Source of the DNA: a virus
Reading direction: 5' to 3' (one strand)
DNA: 64,000 nt
Virus record (IMG/VR): IMGVR_UViG_3300045988_175656
Both the position numbers and the translations under genes were made by a program. Shown here in pieces: positions 55,459 through 63,656 of this stretch. The number at the start of each line of letters is the position of its first letter. Positions within the stretch are counted from its first letter, which is position 1. Under the pieces are notes generated by a model. It ran no database searches and had not been told where the DNA came from. It saw only the letters and a list, made by a program, of their open reading frames with translations.

Positions 55459-56007
55459 TTAATTCATTGCTAAATCATTTTTTATTATACTATCTAATGG
55501 CATTACATTTCTATATATTGCTCGATTTTTAAAATCTACTGAGAAATCATATCTTATTAAATAATCTGAACCAATAATGCCAATTATTTCACGACCACAA
55601 GCACTTTTAATATTACTAATTACACCTCTCAAATCTGATGTCATAAATTGATGTTGTATTTTTACAGAATCACCCAATTCGCCTATTATATATGATGCTT
55701 GTACATCTTTACCGCCTGAAACACCATGAATAGTCAAATCAATATATTTAATAAATTGAAAATCATTTTTATGCTTCAAATAGTAAGTTTCATCTATTAA
55801 TGACATATTAGCTCCTGTATCAATAATAAAATATTTTTCTTCACCATTAACAGGAATATTTGTTATTGGTGTGTTTATGCCATCGTTTTCAGTCTGTTCG
55901 AAATAATATAAGAAATCAGTATTTTTCTTTCCATTATCACATGATGTTATACATAATGTACATAACATTGATAGCACTAAAAACAGTTTTACAATTTTTC
56001 TTTTCAT
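55459..56007 (-). CDS. Secreted lipoprotein with a retropepsin-like (clan AA) aspartic protease domain
   Basis: Signal peptide plus lipobox MKRKIVKLFLVLSMLCTLCITSC, the active-site-like FIIDTGANMSLID, and the distal IIGIIGSDYL flap/dimer motif. Confidence 0.65.
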   Translation of the reverse strand: MKRKIVKLFLVLSMLCTLCITSCDNGKKNTDFLYYFEQTENDGINTPITNIPVNGEEKYFIIDTGANMSLIDETYYLKHKNDFQFIKYIDLTIHGVSGGKDVQASYIIGELGDSVKIQHQFMTSDLRGVISNIKSACGREIIGIIGSDYLIRYDFSVDFKNRAIYRNVMPLDSIIKNDLAMN

Positions 56008-56022
56008 ATCTTTTTTATATTG

Positions 56023-56058
56023 TTTGCAAAATTAAAAATTTAATATATAATTTCCAAA
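56023..56058 (-). promoter_or_regulatory. Bacteroidota-type promoter (TTTG, 20-nt spacer, TAATTTTG)
   Basis: The -7 box is at 56027-56034 and the -33 element at 56055-56058 in minus sense. Confidence 0.45.
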
Positions 56059-56123
56059 TTTTAGAAGTTAATAATATTAAATTACTCCTAATATAAATAG
56101 CTTTTTTTAAAGCATAAAATAAA

Positions 56124-56132
56124 ACTATTTAT
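56124..56132 (+). promoter_or_regulatory. Candidate late-promoter motif ACTATTTAT
   Basis: Exact 9-mer 17 nt upstream of the ATG at 56149. Confidence 0.35.
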
Positions 56133-56148
56133 ATAAAAACATTATAAA

Positions 56149-57288
56149 ATGGCAATTGATAATGAAAAGAAAAAATTATTTCATCAGGTAAGAACTCGTT
56201 TAGGTGCAGGTGTAAGAGGTGTTGAAATTACTGATGACATGCTATGTGATTTGTTAGAAATGTGTGTTAATGATTATGCTGAGAAAGTACAAAATTGGAT
56301 AATCGAAAACCAATGGGCTAGCTTATATGGTAAAAATTTATCATCAACTGATATGGCATTTGCATTATCAGTTAGAACATTAGATTATATGAAAGATTAT
56401 TCTTATTGGTTTTCCAAAGAAGTTGGTTTACAACAAAGAGGACCTTGGGAATTAAAAAAAGATTATGTTGAAGTTGAAAAAGGTAAACAAGTTTATATTA
56501 TACCAGCAGGTAGAGAAATAAATAAAGTACTTTATACAACCCCCCCAACTTCACAAGCAGCTTTATTTGCTAATTATGCAGGTATTGATGTTGGTTTTGG
56601 TGGTGGTTATGCTCAGATTGGCGGTGGTGGGGTTGGCTCAGGACCTATTGGTGGATTTTATACAATGCCAGCATATGATACTGTATTATTATCTGCTGAC
56701 TTAGCATACAAAAACCGATTATTAAGGTCTGATTTAACTTATAAAGTAACAGCAGGACCAAATGGTACTAAATTATTACATTTATTATCCACTCCTGGCT
56801 CTAACTTATCATTTGGTTTTTCTGGACCTGGAATTGGTGTTGGTGCAGGTTTATGGGGAATGGTAGGATGTCAAGTATGGTACACTTATTATGATGTAAA
56901 TCCAGGGGATGAAGATGAATGTAGAAAGCAAAACCCCGATTTATTAATATCTCCTGACCAAGTACCTTTGGAAGAGATGGATTATTCATATTTAAACAGT
57001 CCAACTAAAACAATTGTACGTCAGTTATTGGTAGCAGAAGCAGCCCATACATTAGGTTTAGCTAGAGGTAAAAATTCTGGTAAAATTTCTATACCAATGG
57101 CAGAAATGCAAATGGATTATCAAATGTTATTAAATTTTGGCACAGATGAAAAGAAAAATGTAATGCAAAAATTAGAAGAGAGACTGTTAAGAATGTCACC
57201 TGCTGAAGTCATGAAGAGACAAGCTGAAATTGTTGAAGCAGCTATGCAAGCAAAACGTGGAGTACCACTTGGTTTATATGTAATATAA
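56149..57288 (+). CDS. Neck protein (T4 gp13-like)
   Basis: LFHQVRTRLGAGVRGVEITDDMLCDLLEMCVNDYAEKV parallels T4 gp13 [37 protein letters not shown]. Confidence 0.6.
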   Translation: MAIDNEKKKLFHQVRTRLGAGVRGVEITDDMLCDLLEMCVNDYAEKVQNWIIENQWASLYGKNLSSTDMAFALSVRTLDYMKDYSYWFSKEVGLQQRGPWELKKDYVEVEKGKQVYIIPAGREINKVLYTTPPTSQAALFANYAGIDVGFGGGYAQIGGGGVGSGPIGGFYTMPAYDTVLLSADLAYKNRLLRSDLTYKVTAGPNGTKLLHLLSTPGSNLSFGFSGPGIGVGAGLWGMVGCQVWYTYYDVNPGDEDECRKQNPDLLISPDQVPLEEMDYSYLNSPTKTIVRQLLVAEAAHTLGLARGKNSGKISIPMAEMQMDYQMLLNFGTDEKKNVMQKLEERLLRMSPAEVMKRQAEIVEAAMQAKRGVPLGLYVI

Positions 57289-57291
57289 AAT

Positions 57292-57312
57292 AAGGGAGCA
57301 GTTGCTCCCTTA
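57292..57312. terminator. Hairpin between convergent genes
   Basis: gggagca-gt-tgctccc. Confidence 0.5.
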
Positions 57313-57317
57313 TATCT

Positions 57318-57770
57318 TTATACCCAAGACATTAACAATCCTCTTTTGGCTAAAATTAATTCAACATCCACTAATGGCATACCAAAATGAAATACTAAAC
57401 GACCCTCTTCAGGATATTCAAAATCAGGGTCATTATCAGGATTATCTAGGTTTTCAGAAGCCAATGCAATACAATTATCTCTACAATCTTGCATTGAAAA
57501 GCACATATTATCTTGCGCCAAATCAAATTTTATATTATAAATTTTTAATTCCTTTATAATTTCATATTGAGAATCTTCAAATAAAAAATCACCTGCAATA
57601 CCACTAGGCTTTTCTTCAAAACCTTCAGCCCAAAATGATTCTTTTTGTGCATCATCGCCAAATAAAAATTGATACAATCTTCTACCATCCACATCAGTTC
57701 CTTTTTCCCTAACGTATAGAAGTCTCATATCATCATAATTTTCAACATCATCTAACATATTATATATCAA
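57318..57770 (-). CDS. Hypothetical acidic protein
   Basis: ORF overlapping the upstream gene by 11 nt. Confidence 0.5.
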   Translation of the reverse strand: MIYNMLDDVENYDDMRLLYVREKGTDVDGRRLYQFLFGDDAQKESFWAEGFEEKPSGIAGDFLFEDSQYEIIKELKIYNIKFDLAQDNMCFSMQDCRDNCIALASENLDNPDNDPDFEYPEEGRLVFHFGMPLVDVELILAKRGLLMSWV

Positions 57771-58290
57771 TTACTTTGTTATTTTTAATAAAATTGATAA
57801 AGACCATTGCACAAGCTTCTGCATCAGCAAGAGCATTATGATAATTTTTTAAATCATAGCCAATATCTTCACATAATATATTTAGTTTGTGTGAATCTAA
57901 ATGTTTATTATATTTTCTTGATAATTTTAACGTATCAATATATTGATAATCATTGTTAGTATCAAATGCTCGTGAACAAGCATTAATGCAGCTTTTCTCA
58001 AATGCGGCATTATGAGCAACAATTGGTGAATTACCAATCATTTTATCTACTTTTTCCCACACTTCAGGAAATTTAGGGGAATTTTTAACATCTTTATATT
58101 GCAGTCCATGAGCAGCAACACAATGTTTTTCAAAATATTTTGTCTGTGGATTTATTAAACTATAAAATTTATCTACAATTTTACAGTTCTCTACTATAAC
58201 AACACCAACAGAACACACAGTTTCACGATAACCATTTGCGGTTTCAAAATCTATTACTGCAAACCTATTGTTTGTTTTTCTTTTTACCAT
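57760..58290 (-). CDS. DnaQ-like DEDDh 3'-5' exonuclease
   Basis: Exo I AVIDFETAN, Exo II VAHNAAFEKSCI, Exo III HNALADAEAC. Confidence 0.8.
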   Translation of the reverse strand: MVKRKTNNRFAVIDFETANGYRETVCSVGVVIVENCKIVDKFYSLINPQTKYFEKHCVAAHGLQYKDVKNSPKFPEVWEKVDKMIGNSPIVAHNAAFEKSCINACSRAFDTNNDYQYIDTLKLSRKYNKHLDSHKLNILCEDIGYDLKNYHNALADAEACAMVFINFIKNNKVIDI

Positions 58291-58447
58291 ACATTTTTAA
58301 GTCTTTTAAAATTTCTGAATTAATTAGTTCTTCCATTTTTGGTGAAAGTTTTCCATATGAGTTTAAACTACAATTAAATGTAGTTGATTCAGAAAGAATT
58401 TTTTCAACATCTTTTAGAGTTAGTACTTTAAACACATTACTTTTCAT
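58265..58447 (-). CDS. Small hypothetical protein (60 aa) bridging the helicase and exonuclease genes
   Basis: ORF overlaps both neighbours (11 and 26 nt), so its coding status is uncertain. Confidence 0.35.
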   Translation of the reverse strand: MKSNVFKVLTLKDVEKILSESTTFNCSLNSYGKLSPKMEELINSEILKDLKMYGKKKNKQ

Positions 58448-61406
58448 TTTCGCTTTTTATAACTGCTTTTATTATATCTTCTTTGGACATTACCTTTTCC
58501 CACATTTCAAGGGAAATATCATCATCAAATAGTTGATAATAAACAGTCACATCTTCTGTTTGTGATAAACGGTGTACTCTATCCATAACTTGCCAATTAT
58601 CAGATGGAACCCATGAATAAGAATTAAATATACAAATATGGCTTTTTGTCAATGTAATACCAACCCCTGAAGCAAGAATTTGACCTATGAAAACTTTCTT
58701 TTTGGGGTTATTCATAAATTCATATTCAGCTTTATCTTTTTGAGCATTGGTTTTCTTACCATCATAAACAACCGCCATATCACCAAAATGCTCTTTAAAT
58801 TTTTTCACTTCATTTTCAAAGCAACAAACAATTAGCACTTTTTCACCATCTTCAATATGTTCTTCTGCTAATGAAATTGTATTCTCAATCATTTTATTGG
58901 CTAAATATCTTCTCACAAGACCACCCTCAATGAGTTCTTGGTATTTAGAAACATCAACACCTGTTAAATATTGTGCATTTAAATAATCTTGCCATAATTT
59001 ACGATATTCAGCCATTTCATCATCAGTTAAAGTGTAATAACGAGTGAAAATAGTTTTTTTAACCATTCCAGGAATATCTTTTTGTAATCGCCTAATATAT
59101 AAATGTTTAATTTTTTCTCTTAATTCATCCAAATTACTTGCGCCATCACAAATTTTTATCTTAGTTCCATCAGATTTATTTATAGTTTTTGCATCACAAA
59201 ATCTATCCATATAATAATCATAGTTTTTTGCTATATCAGCATCAATTAATTTTAAAATGTGATATAAATTAAGTGGTCTATTTGTCAATGGAGTTCCTGT
59301 TATACAATATATTGCTTTTGGTTTTGTTCTATTTAAAAAATCATCTAATGTTTTATATCTGATTGAAGTATTATTAGCCAATTTTTGTACTTCATCAATA
59401 ATAACCAAATCAAACTGAGCAAGAAACAATTGGCTCTTAGATAAAGCTTCTTTGATTACTTCTTTTTTGCGAGATTTTTTCATTTTTGGTTCCATTTCTC
59501 CATTTTTTCCTTTTTTACCTTTGCATTTGACCATTATAGGAACTTTGATTTTTTTATTTTTCCCATTTTCGTCTTTATATGTTTCAATTCTATAATCAGG
59601 TTCTAATGGAATATGATAAAAATTATCCAATATATCATAATTTATTACAGTATATTGTTTGTCTGACACCCACTTTTTACCAAAAATAATACCAATATTA
59701 TCTGGATTTGTATAATAAGATAATTCTCGCTTCCAAGTACCTTTTAAAGACGCAGGACATATAATTAACACTTTTTTATATCCACCTGCCATAGATGCCA
59801 CGATAGCTGAAGTGGTGTTATGTGTCACTATATAATTTTCTGTCAAATATGAACTATCATCTGAATCTACTCTTATACAAACTGCATCAGCTTTTCTAAC
59901 TAATTCTACTTTTTCGATATATCTAGAACAATAATTGTTTTTCTTGATGTTATAGTTTTGTTTTTTTCTTTCAATTTTAAAAGGACAAAATTTTATATTA
60001 ATTTTTACATCATACTCAATAGATTTACCTTCATTAGTTCTATCATAACTATGTATAATTGCATGACCACCTAATGAATATACAAGCATCTGTATATCTC
60101 TAGCCAATTTTTCAGAAGTGGTATAATAATGCATTTTATTATTTTTACAAATAGAACCATCAGAATCCATTAACCCCATTAACAATTCTTTACGTTGTTC
60201 AATTGAACCATTCATATATTCTTCAGGTATGAATTTGTATTTTCCTAATACATTTAACCCCAAACGTTTGATTTCTCTATTATATTCATTAATTGGTGTT
60301 TTTTCTTTTTGAATTATATAGTAATGGGGGCATGATGCATTTCTGTTTTCAGATAAAGTATATTTCTCATTTAATAATTTTTTAATTCTATCTACACTTT
60401 CATATTCAAAATCAGGTATTGATAATTCTATTTTATTACTGCACATTGAGCTATCACCAATACACATTCCAAGTATATATGGATGTATAAAATATTCTTT
60501 TTTAGAGTAATTAACAGGTTCACACATTGGTATTTCCCATTTATTCACTGGTTTATATCCATAATCAACTCTTTTTTTAGAGGAATTGTATTGTAAACCA
60601 CTATCAAGTAATTCTTTTAATGATTTAACAACCCACCCTTTCTTCCTCAATCTTCTATTACTATCTCTAACAATCCATAAATGTTCTAAACCACAATTAC
60701 ATTTAACTCCATCAGAAAAAGTAATTTCGTAAATATCTTTTACTCCTTGTGGAAATATACCTATAACATTATGAGATTTTCCGTCTGAACCAAAAACTTT
60801 GTCTCCAATTTTTAATTCCCCCATTTTTCTCCATCCATGAGGTGTTGGTATTGAAGTGTTTACATCCACTAGTTTTCCGAGACCTTGTTCATCCGCAAGA
60901 ATGGCTTTATTTCTTGTTATAAGGAACTTTACGGCTTCTTCTTGATGTGGCTTCAATGAACGATTCAAATGGGCTGTAAGCGCATTATATGGAGTAAAAT
61001 CAATATCGTTTGTTTTATAATCTTTAACAAAAATATCATCCATTAATGCTTTTTTAGGAACAAATGTTAATAATGGTTCTATTACTGATTTTCTATATCT
61101 TACATAACAATGATAACTATCACCCATCTCACCTATAATAGACATTATAAGTAACTTTTCAGGAATAAAATCTATATCATTTTTATCTGCAAATGATTTT
61201 CCAAACCAATCTGTTATTTTAATGGTTTTGTTTACCTTTATAGGAGCATACTGATAATTTTCCAATATATATTTTATATCAAACTCTGATAATTTTCGAT
61301 AGCCTTTATCTGAAAGGTTCTTCAGATAAGTTACATATAAATTAGTTCCATCATAATTTCTTATGATGGAGTATGCTTCTTCTATTTTAGATACACTAAT
61401 TGCCAT
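58437..61406 (-). CDS. SNF2-family helicase/ATPase interrupted by an intein in motif I
   Basis: LKPHQEEAVKFL (Q/Ia), ADEQGLGK|...|TTSAIV (motif I restored after excision), DLVIIDEVQKL (DEAH-like motif II), and C-terminal helicase motifs including SGVGITLT and QVMDRVHRLSQ. Confidence 0.88.
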   Translation of the reverse strand: MAISVSKIEEAYSIIRNYDGTNLYVTYLKNLSDKGYRKLSEFDIKYILENYQYAPIKVNKTIKITDWFGKSFADKNDIDFIPEKLLIMSIIGEMGDSYHCYVRYRKSVIEPLLTFVPKKALMDDIFVKDYKTNDIDFTPYNALTAHLNRSLKPHQEEAVKFLITRNKAILADEQGLGKLVDVNTSIPTPHGWRKMGELKIGDKVFGSDGKSHNVIGIFPQGVKDIYEITFSDGVKCNCGLEHLWIVRDSNRRLRKKGWVVKSLKELLDSGLQYNSSKKRVDYGYKPVNKWEIPMCEPVNYSKKEYFIHPYILGMCIGDSSMCSNKIELSIPDFEYESVDRIKKLLNEKYTLSENRNASCPHYYIIQKEKTPINEYNREIKRLGLNVLGKYKFIPEEYMNGSIEQRKELLMGLMDSDGSICKNNKMHYYTTSEKLARDIQMLVYSLGGHAIIHSYDRTNEGKSIEYDVKINIKFCPFKIERKKQNYNIKKNNYCSRYIEKVELVRKADAVCIRVDSDDSSYLTENYIVTHNTTSAIVASMAGGYKKVLIICPASLKGTWKRELSYYTNPDNIGIIFGKKWVSDKQYTVINYDILDNFYHIPLEPDYRIETYKDENGKNKKIKVPIMVKCKGKKGKNGEMEPKMKKSRKKEVIKEALSKSQLFLAQFDLVIIDEVQKLANNTSIRYKTLDDFLNRTKPKAIYCITGTPLTNRPLNLYHILKLIDADIAKNYDYYMDRFCDAKTINKSDGTKIKICDGASNLDELREKIKHLYIRRLQKDIPGMVKKTIFTRYYTLTDDEMAEYRKLWQDYLNAQYLTGVDVSKYQELIEGGLVRRYLANKMIENTISLAEEHIEDGEKVLIVCCFENEVKKFKEHFGDMAVVYDGKKTNAQKDKAEYEFMNNPKKKVFIGQILASGVGITLTKSHICIFNSYSWVPSDNWQVMDRVHRLSQTEDVTVYYQLFDDDISLEMWEKVMSKEDIIKAVIKSENEK
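59817..60872 (-). mobile_element. Intein (352 aa) with a LAGLIDADG homing-endonuclease domain; class-3-like (no N-terminal Cys/Ser)
   Basis: Begins LVDVNTSIPTPHGW right after GLGK and ends IVTHN followed by Thr+1. LAGLIDADG blocks are YILGMCIGDSS and LLMGLMDSDGS. Trp in block B (EHLW), Cys in block F (AVCIRVD) and Thr in block G (VTHN). Confidence 0.8.
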
Positions 61407-61423
61407 TATTTTAAACCATGTTT

Positions 61424-61457
61424 TTGCAAATATACGACTTATTCATCATATTTACAA
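61424..61457 (-). promoter_or_regulatory. Bacteroidota-type promoter for the SNF2 gene (AGTTGTAAA, 20-nt spacer, GTCGTATATTTGCAA)
   Basis: Plus strand reads ttgcaaatatacgac at 61424-61438. The -7 box is at 61427-61434 and TTG at 61455-61457. Confidence 0.6.
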
Positions 61458-61465
61458 CTATTTAT
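61457..61465 (+). promoter_or_regulatory. Candidate late-type motif ACTATTTAT in a divergent region
   Basis: Exact 9-mer 16 nt upstream of the ATG at 61481. Confidence 0.3.
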
Positions 61466-61480
61466 TTTAAAATATTCGAT

Positions 61481-61981
61481 ATGGCTAAAGTAATTTTTGC
61501 CCCTAATAAACTTGATAAAAATAAATTTACAATATTTTTAGCTGGTAGTATAGATATGGGGAAAGCTAAAGATTGGCAACAAGAAATTGAGGATAAATTA
61601 AAAGATGAAGATGTCATACTTTTTAATCCACGCAGACCTGATTGGGATTCATCATGGGAAGAATCAATCACAAACTCACAATTTAGAGAACAAGTGGAAT
61701 GGGAATTAAATGCTTTAGAAGAAGCTGATATGATTGTTGTTTATTTTGACCCTAAAGGAAAAGCCCCTATTACATTAATGGAACTTGGTTTACATAAAGA
61801 TGACAAAATTGTTGTATGTTGTCCTGAAGGTTATCATAAAAAAGGTAATGTAGATGTTGTTTGTCACAAATACAACATAAAACAAGTAGATGATATAGAT
61901 GGATTGGTTAAAGAAATAAAAACTGAAGCATTTACCTTAGATGAATCTATTTGTAATAAGTTTAAACAATTGATTAAATAA
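61481..61981 (+). CDS. Nucleoside 2-deoxyribosyltransferase-like protein
   Basis: FTIFLAGSI...WQQEI...LEEADMIVVYFDPKGKAPITLMELGL follows the YLAG...W...aD-hhh...S/T-x-G-T-x-x-E-h-G pattern of the Nuc_deoxyrib_tr-like families. The ATG at 61481 is preferred over 61418. Confidence 0.6.
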   Translation: MAKVIFAPNKLDKNKFTIFLAGSIDMGKAKDWQQEIEDKLKDEDVILFNPRRPDWDSSWEESITNSQFREQVEWELNALEEADMIVVYFDPKGKAPITLMELGLHKDDKIVVCCPEGYHKKGNVDVVCHKYNIKQVDDIDGLVKEIKTEAFTLDESICNKFKQLIK

Positions 61982-62499
61982 TGAGTAATATAATACCAAT
62001 TAACAGAAATAATAAGTTTTTCTCAAAAGAAGATTTTGATTTTGAGTTAGAACTTGGGATGGAATATCTTCAAGAAGATGTCAATCAAAGTATTATTCTC
62101 TACGAAGTCGATTTAGAAGCCACTAATATGAATGCTGTTTATAAAGAATCTAATCGTAATAATATTAGATTTAAAACCCCAAAAGAATTAACAGTCATAT
62201 ATGAAATAGAAGCACCAAGAACAAAATCATATGAAAATAAAACAAGTGGTGGTATTTATTCAATTAATGGTAATTTAAAAATTGGTGTGTTTCAAAAAAC
62301 TTTAAATGACCAAAATTGTGAAATCAAAAGGGGCGACTATATCGGAATTGCCATTGATTCAGAAAGAATGGCATACTTTGTTGTTACTGATGATGGAAAA
62401 TTGAACACTGATAATGCACATACAATGTGGGGAACAAAACCAATATTTAGAAGTATTGAAGCCACCCCAGTAGATAATAATGAATTTAATGGAATGTAA
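61981..62499 (+). CDS. Hypothetical protein (structural module by context)
   Basis: ORF with a TAATG overlap to the previous gene. Confidence 0.55.
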   Translation: MSNIIPINRNNKFFSKEDFDFELELGMEYLQEDVNQSIILYEVDLEATNMNAVYKESNRNNIRFKTPKELTVIYEIEAPRTKSYENKTSGGIYSINGNLKIGVFQKTLNDQNCEIKRGDYIGIAIDSERMAYFVVTDDGKLNTDNAHTMWGTKPIFRSIEATPVDNNEFNGM

Positions 62500-62500
62500 A

Positions 62501-63625
62501 ATGCCTAGACAATTTTTAAATAAAATGAAACTTCGTGAAAAAGCTATTGGTAGAGATAGAAGGGAGAATTTTGCAAAAGAAATTCTTTACAAAGACACTC
62601 CACTTCCTAAACCATTAGAATATACTGATATTGATGCATCATTTAAAGATTTTGTGAGTGATACATTAGATATTGCATATGAGGGCAAAAGATTACCAAC
62701 ATTCACATTATTTAGCAATCAGCGTTTTTCTGAATATTCCCAAACATGGGAACATGTTGATGAAAACAGAAATTTATTAATGAATTTTAAAACAATAAGC
62801 CGTGAAAATAATCCTAGATTTGGAGAAAATCAAGGTGGATTATGGAACATACCAGGAGAAAGACATTATACAATATTAACAAAAACGGTTCTTGATGATA
62901 ATGGTACTGAAAGTTTTGAAAGATATTCTATGAAACAACCTTATGCTGTTGATTTAATTTATAATATTAATTTGATAACTAATAAATATGAACTGATTAA
63001 TAAATTCAATGCACTTGTTAATGAAGCTTTTAAAGCAAGACAATGCTATATTAGACCAAATGGGCATTTCATTCCAATGATATTAGATGAAATTTCAGAT
63101 GAAAGTGAATATAGTATTGAGGACCGTAAGTTCTTTTCTCAAACTTTTACTATTAAAGTAATGGCATATATTATTCATGAAAAAGATTTTCAAGTAGAAT
63201 CCTACCCAAAAAGAATAATGGTGGTATATGATGGAGATGCTAAAAAGAAAAAGCCAAATGTTGATATTGAAGAATTAGATGATATTAATTATGAAAATAA
63301 AAGAATTGACATTTCAATTGATTTCCCTGAATTTATTGAAACTGTAACATTTACAATTGATTGCGATGTTAATGTTGAAAAATCTACATTGGATAATATA
63401 AGATATTATAGATTAAATGTTAATGGAACACCAATATTTCCAGAAAAAGGATTTATATTAAAAGAAAATGATGAAGTTAAATTAAGAATTTTTAAATTTG
63501 ACATTTCACAACCTTCAAAGTTAATGTTTCATGGATATGACCCAAATATTCGTTTAAAGAAAAATTACACTCCTGAATTAGTGAGTGATGAAAAATCTAA
63601 TTATGAAGAGATTATTGTTGACTAA
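62501..63625 (+). CDS. Hypothetical structural protein; weak resemblance to T4 gp15 tail completion / sheath stabiliser
   Basis: The start is moved to the ATG 2 nt after the upstream stop. The pattern MKQPYAVDLIYNINLITNKYELINKFNALVNEAF loosely parallels gp15 NPSPIKMIYELSIFTRYEDDMFQIVEQILPYF. Confidence 0.5.
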   Translation: MPRQFLNKMKLREKAIGRDRRENFAKEILYKDTPLPKPLEYTDIDASFKDFVSDTLDIAYEGKRLPTFTLFSNQRFSEYSQTWEHVDENRNLLMNFKTISRENNPRFGENQGGLWNIPGERHYTILTKTVLDDNGTESFERYSMKQPYAVDLIYNINLITNKYELINKFNALVNEAFKARQCYIRPNGHFIPMILDEISDESEYSIEDRKFFSQTFTIKVMAYIIHEKDFQVESYPKRIMVVYDGDAKKKKPNVDIEELDDINYENKRIDISIDFPEFIETVTFTIDCDVNVEKSTLDNIRYYRLNVNGTPIFPEKGFILKENDEVKLRIFKFDISQPSKLMFHGYDPNIRLKKNYTPELVSDEKSNYEEIIVD

Positions 63626-63656
63626 GAACTTTATGTATATTATTTTTTAAATAAAA

